DNA from: Hyphochytrium catenoides | Taxonomy: Eukaryota; Protista; Hyphochytriomycota | Length of the DNA stretch: 33,788 nt | Reading direction: 5' to 3' | Assembly (NCBI GenBank): GCA_900088475.1 | Contig: FLMG01003049.1 | Span: 1 to 33,788, forward strand | Position numbers and translations under genes: made by a program | Shown: positions 10,814 through 22,300 of the stretch, one piece after another | How the letters are laid out: the number at the start of each line of letters is the position of its first letter | How positions within the stretch are numbered: the stretch's first letter is position 1 | The notes under the pieces: model-generated | What the model was told of the DNA's origin: nothing | Databases searched by the model: none | Seen by the model: only the letters and a program-made list of their open reading frames with translations

Positions 10814-13062
10814 ATGCCAGAGCTTCCCGAGGTTGAGCGGGCCAGAAGGCTCCTAGCTCGCACTTGTGAGGGCAAAGTAATTGACAAAGTCACGGCCATT
10901 GAGCAGGGCGGGGCAGCACGAGATGGCCAATTCGATGACATGTACGAATCTTAACCTGCTTTTGGCCGTTCATTCTAGCCTTGGACCCCGGGCCCCATAC
11001 TCTCCCTCCTTTGAATGCTACCTTGCTCCGATCTCATCATATCCACTTGTTAGAATTTTTGAAGGCCTCACTCCGACCCTTCTGGAGAGCTCATTGAGGG
11101 GCAGAAAGATTTTGAAAGCTCAGCGTAAAGGGAAGCACCTGTGGCTGGACCTGGAGGGCGATGGCTTTCATCCTATTTTCCACTTCGGGATGAGCGGAAA
11201 TTTCGTAGTGAGAAACGAGGACTCACCTGGCTATCGAAGGAAGGTTGGACTGGGGAAAGAAGGAGAATGGCCTCCTCGGTTTTGCAAGCTTGAGCTTGTT
11301 CTGGAGGTCGGTAGGCTACCAGTCCTAGGTCCGCCTCCATCTCTCTCTGCGTCGTCTCCATCACCTTCTGCAGTTCTTCTTTCCCTATTGCCGCAAGTGG
11401 AACGGATGGTCGTTCACTTCCTTCTGCTCCTGCTTGTCTTCCCATGTACTACATTTCTTCCGAACATCCGAGCTTCGGTCTTAGGTGAAGTAGCTTTAGC
11501 ATTAGAATTTATATCATCTCACGGACCTCATTGCATATACTTCTTAGGATGACACAGCGGTTGCATTCACCTGTCCCCGGCGCATTGGGCGGGTCCGGCT
11601 AGTGAAAGACGTTCTTGGTAGCCCACCGATCTCTGAGCTTGTAAGTTGGGGTCTAGCTCCCAATCCTCTCTACTGCCTATCCTTTTGTCCTCTTATGAGC
11701 TACCCTTTGTACCCATACTCAAGCTATGCTGTCCCTTTGCTGAACTCAAGTGTTAGGCTACTTCTTTAAGCCTCTACTCCTAAAGGTTACCGTTTCGTTC
11801 TCCCTTGCCCAGGGCTTTGACCCTTTGAACAGCATGCCTGCGGTGGAGGACTTTGTACTCAGGCTTCAGAAGAACAAGTGCGCAGTCAAGGCCCTGCTGC
11901 TTGACCAAGGCTTCTCAGCCGGCGTTGGTAATTGGATTGCGGATGAGGTCTGCTTTCAAGCCAAGCTTCATCCTGCAAGGGTAGCATCAGCCCTGTCAGA
12001 CGAAGAGGGACAAGAGGTAAAGTCTCGCTATGAGTTGCTCTGATCGCCAAGTTGCAAATAGTGCCAGATATCGGTACCTGCTCTTCCAGCAATTGCGTGC
12101 TTCCTAGTAGATACTCGCAGTTTCATTCTGACCCCTTGCTGTTTGAGGACGCACCTGAGCAAGTTACTGAGGTTCATTAGTGCGAATTTACTCTACGTTT
12201 GCTGAAGACTTCTACTCTTGCTCTAACGTGGTATCTGTGTTGCTAGATTCAATAACCACAACGTACAACCTTCTCTCGCTCTCCCTTGTGGTATCTGCAG
12301 CTGTGGCGGACGTTATCAAGAGTTATAGAGTTCGCCTGCGACGTGAACGCCGATCATACAAAATTTCCCCCTGATTGGCTATTTCACTATCGCTGGACGA
12401 AAGGATCAAAGGACGCCGTGTATGCACCAAGCAAAGAAAAGCTCCAGTTTCTGACTGTTGGAGGTCGAACTACGGCCATAGTGCCAAGTATACAAAGGAA
12501 CATAGGGATAAAAAAGAAGAAGAAGAGCAAAGAGACTGCAAAAACTGAGCGAAGGAAGAAAAAAACCGGCCTGGATGCAGTTGGAGCATCTACTAAGGCG
12601 AAACGGCTCCAAGGCCCAGTTAAGGGGCGACGGGTAAAGGGCATTGGCAGAGCTTCTGAGCCGCTTGACACAGCGGCTGAAATTACCCCTAAGAAGCGCA
12701 AAGTTGCCAAAGGTCGCTCAGTTGAGGTAACACCGCCTTCAAGGAAACGAAGGCGTACTGCCGGAGTGCAAGATGTGGCACTCCTGGCCGTTACTACTAG
12801 TGCACCAACACATCCATCTACAGAGGACGATATCAAGCAGGAAGCTCCATTGGCAATGGCAGCTACGACGACGAAGCAGGCTCCAAACAAAAGAGAGTCA
12901 AGAGCGGCCTCCAAGACTCCAGCACTCAAAGCGCAGGCTCAGGAGCAGCAAGAGAAAACGACGAAGCCAAGGAGTCAGGCAGTCCAGGGTCAACAAAGAA
13001 TAGCCCCACGCCGTAGTCTCCGCCTTAGCCACCAAGGGATGTCCTTAGCCTCGAAAGGTTAA
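10814..13062 (+). CDS. FPG: Formamidopyrimidine-DNA glycosylase (Fpg/MutM family, plant/fungal zincless-finger type). 5 exons: 10814-10941, 11054-11306, 11548-11640, 11813-12016, 12301-13062
   Basis: N-terminal catalytic MPELPEVE at 10814 (missed by the ORF track), RKGKHLW, HFGMSG, WPPRFCK, H2TH motif VKALLLDQGFSAGVGNWIADEVCFQAKLHP, FPPDWLFHYRW and zincless finger TVGGRTTA. Ends in a long Lys/Arg-rich tail. Confidence 0.93.
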
Positions 13063-13078
13063 ACGTAACACAGAAAGG

Positions 13079-14840
13079 CTACGAATCTTCCTGTTGTGGA
13101 TTAGTCTTATCGCTTAACGCTTTTGCTCGCTCCTCTATCTCTTGCAGCTTGGTGAGGGCCTCATCCAACTCTTGGTTGACCTACAAATATACAGATAGGG
13201 TTAGAGACAAGTTTCGATTACCGATTCTGAAGACAAGAGCCTATTCTTACCATAACTGGATCTACGGCTGGTGCATCATTTTGATAGGTTCACGATGGTG
13301 GGAGCGGGGATGTGAGGCCTAGATTAAGTATTGAAGATATATGACCGGTATTACCTTCGGCGACTTCGCTATCCTCGTTAGTCAGACCAAGCTTCTCCAT
13401 TGACTGCCTCGTGAGCTGTTGGGCTAAAAGCTCCTATGTTTGAGATGCCGACCCCTTAGCCAGACAAGTCAATCAGAAAAACAAACAGAGTACGCACTTG
13501 TAGCTCTAGTTCCAGGGAAGAGATCTTGGCATTGGCATCGTCTTGCTTGGCAGTCTCTGATATCAAGGATAAAACTCTCTGCGAGACTGCCACTCTTGGA
13601 GTACCGCCAGGCTGCTTTTAGCGGAGGCACAACTTCTTAGATCTAAACACTACTGGATCATGCCCAGATGTCTTACTAAGCTCTGCAGCTCCTTTTTCAC
13701 GTCCCGCAGCCGCGCCACACGGGCCAGTTCTTGAGTCTGTTAGAGCATGCCAGCAAGCTATCAGAGACCATGGACAGCTAGCAGGGATTAGCGCAAAGAA
13801 CCGTACCAGATACTCCTCCTGTGGATCGTCCTCATCCTCCAAACCTTCCGAAGCGAGCGCAGTTTCGAGGTCAAGGGCGAGGTCGTCATCCTGTTTCCTC
13901 TTTCTGTTAGTAGTTCCACATCGAGCAGTGACTATACTCACTTACCAACTCGTCCAGCGCAGATCGGAGCTTTTTCCGCCTGGCTCGTTGCCAGTCACCG
14001 AGTCCAGAGATTACATGGTCCATCTGTCACAGGCAGAGTTTGGAACGATGAGGAATGAGGTTCACGAGGAGAAGTGCCATCGGGCTAGCTCTTAGGATAG
14101 TTGCTTTCTTGCTCGTCCTATCGGTAGATTCTCTTTAATCTCCTCTCTACGGATGTTGACTTCCCGTCTACTGTCTACCCTATGGGCTCTCCGCGGTACC
14201 TGCTGAAGAAGGGCCGTGGGGTCCTCAGTGGATAGATGAAGGCCACTCCCTAGGACAGAGAGTCTCTCCTGTTACCAACATGTACTACAGTAAGTCGAGA
14301 GCGTGATGCACTGAGACCACCATGCATTTGTACCATCAATGAGTGGTCGCTGCTGGGGCATTCCGGAGAGCATTCTCCCACTATCTCTTTACTCTTTGGC
14401 TCCCCTGGGTGTGCCCTCACCTCAGCGGTGGTCTAGAAACAAGCGTAAGAGCTGAGACTGCCGGTGGGCGGCGTCTGGAATGGGTCATACCTCCTTCTCC
14501 GGGCCCAGGAGACCCGTGACATAGACATCCATCATAATCCTTATATCACCCTCATAGACTGCGGTACGATTGTCGTAGTCACTCTTAAGCTTTGTAGCTG
14601 GCCGGCAGCATTGGCGTTAACTTCCGTGCGATATAACAAGGAGGTAACCAGTTGGCTTGTCAAGACGTTCGCACAGACGATAGACTCATAAGACACCAAG
14701 CGAGACGCAGCTTCACAGGGAATGGAGACAAGCAGTAAGCTCCAGCCATAAGCTTTAAGACGACTGGGAGAAGAGAGAAGGCCAGAGGAAGGGAGATGAT
14801 CGCCTTGAGCCGATGATGACTGTCCGTGATAACCTTTCAT
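13079..14840 (-). CDS. Hypothetical coiled-coil protein (~319 aa). 10 predicted exons: 14840-14550, 14432-14334, 14268-14200, 14023-13946, 13890-13807, 13736-13677, 13578-13498, 13433-13355, 13267-13251, 13180-13079
   Basis: Nine GT-AG introns joined by hand give one open frame of 960 nt ending TAG at 13079. The C-terminal half is acidic and heptad-like (SALDELDDDLALDLE...KISSLELELQELLAQQL...VNQELDEALTKLQEIEERAKAL). The 5' exons are less certain than the 3' seven. Confidence 0.65.
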
Positions 14841-15365
14841 CAGAACAGCTTCAACCTCACTCCCCTCCCACTCGTAAGAGAGAATAACGCCCAACAGGTG
14901 GAGTAGTAAGACGTCTCTAGAGTCAGGAGGATATATCAGTCTCCCGTAGTAATAGGAATATATATAGCGATCACATGGGCGTTAGCCGCTTTGCAGTAGG
15001 ACTGACGCTAACGGCTACCAGCGGCGATGGTTGGAGGCCACGCTGATGTGGACGAGAAAATTGGCTCGATAATGAAGACTCAACCCTAGCTTGCTCTCTA
15101 TGAGGGGTTATGGAGAGAGATGTGGCCGGAAGAAGCCCCTTGGCATGTCCGGAAACTTTGCATTCCCTTCTGAAGCTTCAGTGGTGCATAGAACTCTTTG
15201 ACGAGGCTTCTCTTTAAAGCTTGAAGAAGGTGTACGAACGGCAGCACCCAGATTGCCACTCTTCAAGCACTGAACCGCTCTCATCTGGAGCTCGCGGCGC
15301 GTAGGTCACTTCAACGGACCTCCCAGGGGTTGATAGAGATTGGATTTTAGGACAAAAAAGAAAAG

Positions 15366-16246
15366 ATGCCGGGAGCTTCGCTGCGGAATGCCGTCAGGCG
15401 GCGGACGCACAAGGAAAGAGGCCAACCCCAGGAGCGCAAGAAGCTGGGTCTTCTTGAGAAGCACAAAGATTATGTACTCCGAGCAAAGGACTATAACAGC
15501 AAGAAAAAGAGGCTTCTTGCCCTCCAAAAAAAAGCTGAGTTCAGAAATCCAGAGGAGTATTACATGCGCATGAACAGGGAGACTACAAAGGTAGCAGTCT
15601 AATTCTTTTGCTAGCTAGACTTTGTCAAGGTTCTGACGGCGGCTGCAGGGTGGAATTGCTAGTGGGTCAGGAAACCATGGGGAAACCTTAAGCCATGACA
15701 TGTTGAAAGTCCTGAAGACCCAAGATCTGGCCTATATTAATCTTCGCAATGCGATTGACCAGAAGGTAAGGAATGCATCCTATCCAACTCTTGTGCGTGG
15801 CGTCTCATATCGTTCGTCTGCTGCAACTCTAGAAAGCGGAGAGGCTTCAACAAAGTCTCCACCTTCTGGATAGTGATCCGGTCAACACACATAAAATCTT
15901 TTTGGACTCTGCGCAGGATGTTCGAGAGTTTGATCCCGTCAAGCACTTTGATACAGTCCCTGCTCTCGTAGAGACACCGTACAACCGAGTTCGGAAAGAG
16001 ACGTTGAAGACGCAGGAGGTACAAGGGACGAGTAATAGAAAGGAAGTTAAGAAGGCTATCAAGCTCCGCGATGCACAATACCAGGAGTTGAAGGCAAGGT
16101 TGGATCGTTCTAAAAAGCTCGATAATGCTAGGCAACACCTGGAGCTAGAAAGAAATTTGTCGGGGAAGGGAAGGAAGAGGAAAATCAAGGATGCCGAGGA
16201 CGGGAAACCTGCTGTCTATCGATGGAAAAGAGAGCGCAAGCGATGA
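15366..16246 (+). CDS. UTP11: U3 snoRNA-associated protein 11 (SSU processome). 3 exons: 15366-15590, 15649-15765, 15833-16246
   Basis: [72 protein letters not shown] and C-terminal [10 protein letters not shown]. Confidence 0.95.
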
Positions 16247-16265
16247 TTAAGTGGCCCGAATGTCT

Positions 16266-16890
16266 CTATTTATTTATTATACGATCTGACAACACCTTAC
16301 CCAAGCTCAGAACAGCATATCCTTCCGTCCACGGTCCTAGGTGCACAGAGATGGGCACTGCAGCAGCTCGCAGCTCACCAATGTCCAGAGCCATTGCAGC
16401 AGACCCCAGCAGCTCTGTCTGCAGCACAACCGTGGCGTTGTGTCATATATAAATATATAGGTTATGGGACAGCACTAGATAGGAAGATATAAGACATGCA
16501 TGAGGAGTGCCTCCGAGAAATGCAGCCGCCATGACCTGAGGATGATGGCACGGGGACAGTCCAGTCCATAACAGCTCAGCTTGAGGTTGCTCCCTATGAC
16601 TGACTCAGCAGGGTCCTCCCGCCACGCACGCACCCTCTTGACGATTTTGACGGGAGGTTGTCTGGCATCTAGGTCCTTCTATCAGGGATAAAACAGTTGA
16701 AGTACATAACCTGCCCATACGGGACCTTGAAACTAATGTAGAAGAGGTAGAGGACGGGAATTCGATAAAGGGGTCACATGCACTTTGATGATTGTTAACG
16801 TCGGGTAGATTCAGAATCTTCATGAGATCTGGCCCCAACAGCGCTCTGTCAAACAGATTGTGGGATCCTCCTCCTCTCCTCCCCACAGCT
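16266..16890 (-). other. Possible divergent C2-domain-like gene or pseudogene fragments
   Basis: Open segments LNLPDVNNHQSACDPFIEF, then 16678-16475 (68 codons after ctgatag) and 16418-16266 (TELLGSAAMALDIGEL..., after ctgcag). I found no clean set of strong splice sites. Confidence 0.25.
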
Positions 16891-17108
16891 GCCGACTCCG
16901 CCCGTCAGCGCAGGCTCAAGAAAGGTGAGAGGCTGAGTGAGCGCAGTGCCCGACCCCATTTCATACTTACGGCGCCACCGCGAGTCTGGAGCCTTCTGAC
17001 AGTTGCCTCAGACTTGCGCTGGACGGCGTACCGTGCTCACTAGCTTATCTTTGACATAAGGCAACCAGGCAACAAGCAGTTGCGTCGGTTTACATTGCAG
17101 CCACCACT

Positions 17109-18938
17109 ATGCTAAGTATTCGCCAATTCTATCGCCAGAAAGCTGGCCTGGCCAGTTCTTTAGCGGCGCTGGACCATCTTGATCTTCGCCGCAGCGCACT
17201 TGGACGACAACCCAGCACTTTGACTTCAGGACAAAGAAATCAGCCCATTGGACGTTTCTCGTCTTTGGCAAGCCCGCTTAGAAAGGCCAGCACAGGCCCG
17301 CAGCGTCAGGATCCTGCGCCAAGTGTGTCCTTTTTTGGATTACACGGGCTGCAACGTCGCTGGAAAGTTTATAGCTCGCGAACTTCCATCACTCCGTCCC
17401 CGCTCAGCATTCCCGACTTCCTCTTAGAGGACATTGATCGCTGGGGCGACATCCCTGCACTCGTCAATGGCGTCACAGAGTCAACAATTTCATTCCACGA
17501 GCTTGGCAAGCAGATCCGGAAGGTAGCTACCTCACTATCTCAGCGAGGACTGAAGAAGGGTGACGTGGTTCTCATCTCTGGCCTAAACTGTCCCGAATAC
17601 ATCGTCGCTGTCCTTGGCATTCTAAAAAGTGGAGGCATTGTATCGCCTGCCTCTCCCTCCTTCACTACTGGAGAGGTCCTTGACCAGATTAAGGATTCAA
17701 ACTCCACATGGGCAATAGTACACCCAGCGACCAAAAATAGCGCTTTGCCAGCAGCCCAGCAAGCAGGGCTCAAGGCGGATCGCCTCTTCATCTTCCCAGA
17801 GGAAGGAGAAACCACTCCGGGAGTGCAGCCATGGTCCTCCCTCATCAGCATCAGCGACGCTGAGATTGCTGCACCGAACATCTCTATAGATGCGGAGAAG
17901 GACTTAGCCTTTCTTCCTTACTCTAGTGGAACTACCGGGAAGCCCAAGGGTGTCATGCTCTCGCATCGAAATCTTACGGCCAATATGCTACAAGTGGGCG
18001 CCGTAGAGCCTAGAGACGCAGGGGCCACCACGATCTCCTTGCTGCCGTACTTCCACATCTATGGACTCTTTATGGCCCTCTGGAACCTGAGAGATGGCGT
18101 GACAGGCGTCGTGATGCCCCAATTTGATCCCCAGCGGTTCTTGCACCTTGTGCAGTCATACAAGCCGCAGCTAGTCTTTATTGTCCCTCCCCTCGTTCTG
18201 TTCTTGTCCAGTCATCCTTTGGTAGAGAAGTACGATGTTTCAAGTCTTCGGTGGCTCGTCAGTGGGGCGGCACCGCTCACTATCACTGCAGAGGAGCTGC
18301 TAGAAAAGCGGATCAAGGATTGCAGAGTAAAGCAAGCATATGGGATGACAGAAAGCTCCCCTGTGACGCTTTACACCCAGAACAGTCAAGTCGTCCCTGG
18401 CTCTGTCGGGCAGCTAGTCCCAAGCACGGAGATGAAGATAGTAAATCCTGAGACTGACGAAGAGCTCGGAGAACACCAGCAAGGAGAGATTTGGATGCGT
18501 GGGCCCCAAGTAATGCTTGGCTATCTCAACCGGCCGGAGGCAACGCGTGCCACTTTAACCCCAGACGGCTTCCTTCGGACTGGAGACGTTGGTTATGTGA
18601 CAGAAACCGGCAACGTGTTCATCACTGATCGCATCAAGGATCTCATTAAGTACAAGGGGCACCAGGTCTGCCCGACAGAGCTTGAGGACGTCGTTCTCAA
18701 GCATCCAGCAGTGCACGATGTGGCCGTGGTAGGGGTCCTCCGGCCGGAAGATGGACAGGAGATCCCGAAGGCGTTTGTCCAGCTGAAGCCAAGCGCGACA
18801 GCAACTGAGGAGGAAATCATGGACTTTGTGGCCGGGCAAGTTGATCCCATCAAGAAGTTACGGGCATTGCAGTTTGTCGAACAGATACCTAGAACGGCGT
18901 CTGGGAAGATTTTGAGGCGGACACTTAGGCACATCTAA
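17109..18938 (+). CDS. 4-coumarate:CoA ligase/firefly-luciferase-like acyl-CoA synthetase (ANL superfamily), intronless, with long N-terminal extension
   Basis: LPYSSGTTGKPKGVMLSH (AMP-binding box), LPYFHIYG, SGAAPL, QAYGMTE, GEIWMRGPQVMLGY, LRTGDVG, DRIKDLIKYKGHQV and A10 motif PRTASGKILRR. Confidence 0.93.
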   Translation: MLSIRQFYRQKAGLASSLAALDHLDLRRSALGRQPSTLTSGQRNQPIGRFSSLASPLRKASTGPQRQDPAPSVSFFGLHGLQRRWKVYSSRTSITPSPLSIPDFLLEDIDRWGDIPALVNGVTESTISFHELGKQIRKVATSLSQRGLKKGDVVLISGLNCPEYIVAVLGILKSGGIVSPASPSFTTGEVLDQIKDSNSTWAIVHPATKNSALPAAQQAGLKADRLFIFPEEGETTPGVQPWSSLISISDAEIAAPNISIDAEKDLAFLPYSSGTTGKPKGVMLSHRNLTANMLQVGAVEPRDAGATTISLLPYFHIYGLFMALWNLRDGVTGVVMPQFDPQRFLHLVQSYKPQLVFIVPPLVLFLSSHPLVEKYDVSSLRWLVSGAAPLTITAEELLEKRIKDCRVKQAYGMTESSPVTLYTQNSQVVPGSVGQLVPSTEMKIVNPETDEELGEHQQGEIWMRGPQVMLGYLNRPEATRATLTPDGFLRTGDVGYVTETGNVFITDRIKDLIKYKGHQVCPTELEDVVLKHPAVHDVAVVGVLRPEDGQEIPKAFVQLKPSATATEEEIMDFVAGQVDPIKKLRALQFVEQIPRTASGKILRRTLRHI

Positions 18939-19394
18939 GTATATGAGGATAGGTGTGCATGCAAGATATGCAGAAGCATAACGCATGGCACAGAAGTCTA
19001 CTAAGAAGCCACAGCCTTTGAGGAGCAAGGAAGGTCTAAGAAGAGGGGGCACGGACGTCAGAGTGCAGCTATTTAAGATCACACTTCCATGGAATGGGGC
19101 CTCTTCCAGATTGTCTGCTCTACCCTCTGATGGGGATAAGCTGTGTCTAAAGTACCACCAGCAAGGTGCTTCTGCGGTTAAATTAGACAGCAGACGTTAA
19201 GAGCAACTGAAGTAGATGTAGAAGACATAGGAAAACTGACGGGGCGGAGAGAGAGATGGGGGGCGAGAGAGAGAGAGGTGTTAGTAGCCAGAGAAACGGT
19301 AATAAAAGATAGGCTTCGGTAAGCTAATGGTTCCTAGTAGCGCATATCCAGAGTTAACATTATCAAATAGCTCCTCGTCACTTTTGTTTGGCTC

Positions 19395-22300
19395 TCAGTG
19401 TAACCGCGACATCTCCTCAATCCTCTTCGTTACTTCCTCTACCGTCAAAGGTGCCCCGTCCGTCATGGTCCCATCTTCATTTAGTGCTTTCACCACCTCC
19501 CGCGCTCTGCTGGGCTTCAGGTCTAAGAAGCTCTCAATCATGTCGCCTGCAAAACAGCAAAAGGAAATGGTGAGGGAGCATATAACTTTGCGACTCCAAG
19601 CGCCCAGCCCAGTTCCAGTTCTCGCTTTTCTATAAGCCTGGTAATGCCTTTTCAATTCTTCTCCAGCGTCCCGTTCAACGGCCCACCGCCCTATCCAAGC
19701 TCCTGCCGGCCACATGTCCATTGTTTCTCACTCTAATCCCTTGAGACTCAACAATGTGACGCTGGCCACTCCACTGCCTCTTCAAGTGCACCATACATTC
19801 CTTGATTCACTTACCATCAACAAAATTCTTCGCGTCTGATGTCTTTCTGTCGTTCTCAAAAGCTCTCCACTCTTCATGAGAAAAGCCGCCAATGCCGTGG
19901 ACTACTTTCGTCACCGCCTTCTGGACTCGGTGGAAAAAGCTATGTTGATCCTCTGAAATGCTGGCAATCACTCCAATGGCACCGTTAACAGTGCCGTAAA
20001 TCAGGGTCTGAGGACCTGCAGTCAGCGGATTGTTCTCGGCATCAGCTGGCTGCATCACTAGCGACCCCTTCTGAAAGCGGTTGACATACTCGCCGAGGTG
20101 ATACTCTCCCTGAATGTCTAGACGTCCCCTTTCCTCGTCGGTGGCCGCATCGTTGTTCTTCTTTAGCGTGAAAAGGTTGAACGAAGTATCCGCCCCTATG
20201 AAGATATCGTCATCCAGCATGTCAACTGCTGTCATCCAATTCGAGTTATAGTCCTTCGCTATCTCATCAATAGTGCCGTCCAAGGTCTTGTACGCTAGAA
20301 GGGAGATGGACTTCATCAAGTCGCCGACAATAATAAAGTCTCCTCTGCTCTGGAGACATAGTGCGATGATATGCCCATGGTGACCGCATTCCGACTGAAG
20401 TTCTCTCTCACCGTCTTCTTCTTTCTCTACCCATTTGTATAGCTGTACCTTACTGTTAATGCCGGCAAGGAGTTTGCCATTGAAGGCATTAAAGGTGTAA
20501 ACAGCCCCTCGCGTCTCTTTCTCTGCTACAAGCACAAGTTTCCTTTCCTCCTGACTTCCGACAATCGAAAAGACAAGAATCCTTCCTTGTGTGGGCTCTG
20601 CCTCCTCCTCATGGGTATAGGCAGTGCCGACCACTAGGTACTCTTTCGAATCATCTGCGAAGGTACAGGATATGGCTGCACAGCCGCTCTCAAATGGATC
20701 AAGCTTATGGCTGTGGAGCAGGTCAAATGTCTGATTGTCGTACAAGCGGACAAAGTTCATCTCTGTCTCTTCCCCGTTCTGCTCAACGCTGTATTTTACA
20801 GTGCAAACACCTAGCGCTTGAGCGGACTCCAAGTGGGCAATGCGTCGGGGTTGCTCCCCTAGCGGGACCGTCCGTATGTGGAGCTTTTGAATATCATCAA
20901 TGGTCCCGATGGTCAGTTCCTCCTCTGAAGCCAGCGCCAAACACTCAGGGAAGGATTCTGAGTGAAATGGACACATGTTGTTCGCTTCCTTTGTGTTGAC
21001 ATTGGAGTAGAGGATCTTCCCATTGCTTCCATATATAACGGTCGGTCGGTCCGAAGCCGCAAAGACGTGGGTCACAGATTTCGTCCGGAAGGTTGAGAGG
21101 TTGATAGGCTGAGTACCAAGGCAGACCTTCTTCCTGCCGCTAACCTGACTGGTCTCAGAGTCAAAGTTGTAGTTGATAAGGTGGCCATCACCAAGACCTA
21201 CAAGGAGAAAGTGCTTGCTCTCAAAAGAGGCAAAGAGGATAGACCGGGGTAAAGTTTCACCTCCTAAGGGCTCCTTGCACTTTGGGGTGAGATCAGGAAG
21301 GCTTAGGATGCGTACAGTGATGTCCGTCCACATCCCTACAGCGCAGTAGCGGGACGTCAAGGGAACCGTAGAACCCTCTGATGGCCCTTCTACACCTTCT
21401 ATAGGGTTCAGATTGATACACGAGACTTCGTACTCTAACTTTCTGTGGGCCTTTTCCACCAGCTGTTCGTTGATCACCTCCAAGTATACTAAGTTCCCTC
21501 CACCACAAGCCGCCACAATCTGAGTCGGATTGGCTGAGGCGACAGTGATTCGAAGCCCATTTGGCGGCGTCCAAACGTGTATAACCTGCTTATTTACCGA
21601 GGAGCAAAGACGGATGGCGGTCTCCGTCACCTGTAACCACAGAGTACCCAGAAGGTTCGCACAGCATAGCGTCTTGACGTTCTCAAAGCCTTCGATTTCC
21701 GTCTCCTCCATTTCTTCTCCTTCTATGGCGAGCACTCTGATCTCATTGATGAAGGATTGTACCAGAAACTTGTCATACGGACTGTCAAAGGAGGGCCTAA
21801 GTGGCCACATGCCTGTGATACCAGGTAGTTCGATAGCCGCTTGCTCGTTAATTCCGATGCCATTTCTGATCACTCTCAACGAACCATCTTTGTACGCGCC
21901 GCTGCACGTCACGATCTGGCCCTGGCCCTGCCTGTCTAGGTCCATCATGCAGAAATCAACGATTGGACCAAGGTTGGTGTACGTGTCCAGTACTGTCAAG
22001 TACGAGCCTGCCTCGTCTCTTACAGAGTTAAGCTTGACGAGCTGTGAGTCTCCAAATGCGCTGCCGATAAATACGACGCCATTGTCTAGGTAGGAGACAG
22101 TGGAGGCGCAACTGGTATCACCTAAGTATTCCATGTTGAGCCCTTGCACCTGGCCTCCGTCATGCTGTAGTACTACCACGTGCAACCCTCCGTAGCTGTC
22201 AGCGAGTAAGTATCTGGACCCATCCTTGTCCACCTGGCCGTAAGCTTTAATGAAGGTGTCAGGTATAGGGACGGACTTCTGAGTGACGCCATTATGATAT

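Noticed and set aside
13807-14023. PEX19 call from the SALDELDDD motif
   Set aside because: There is no C-terminal CaaX box or PEX19 core, and the motif lies mid-protein in the spliced model.
17540-22093. Antisense and alternative-frame ORFs overlapping 4CL and DDB1 (similar ones over PK, FPG, ASNS, GOT2)
   Set aside because: Shadow ORFs expected opposite codon-biased coding sequence.
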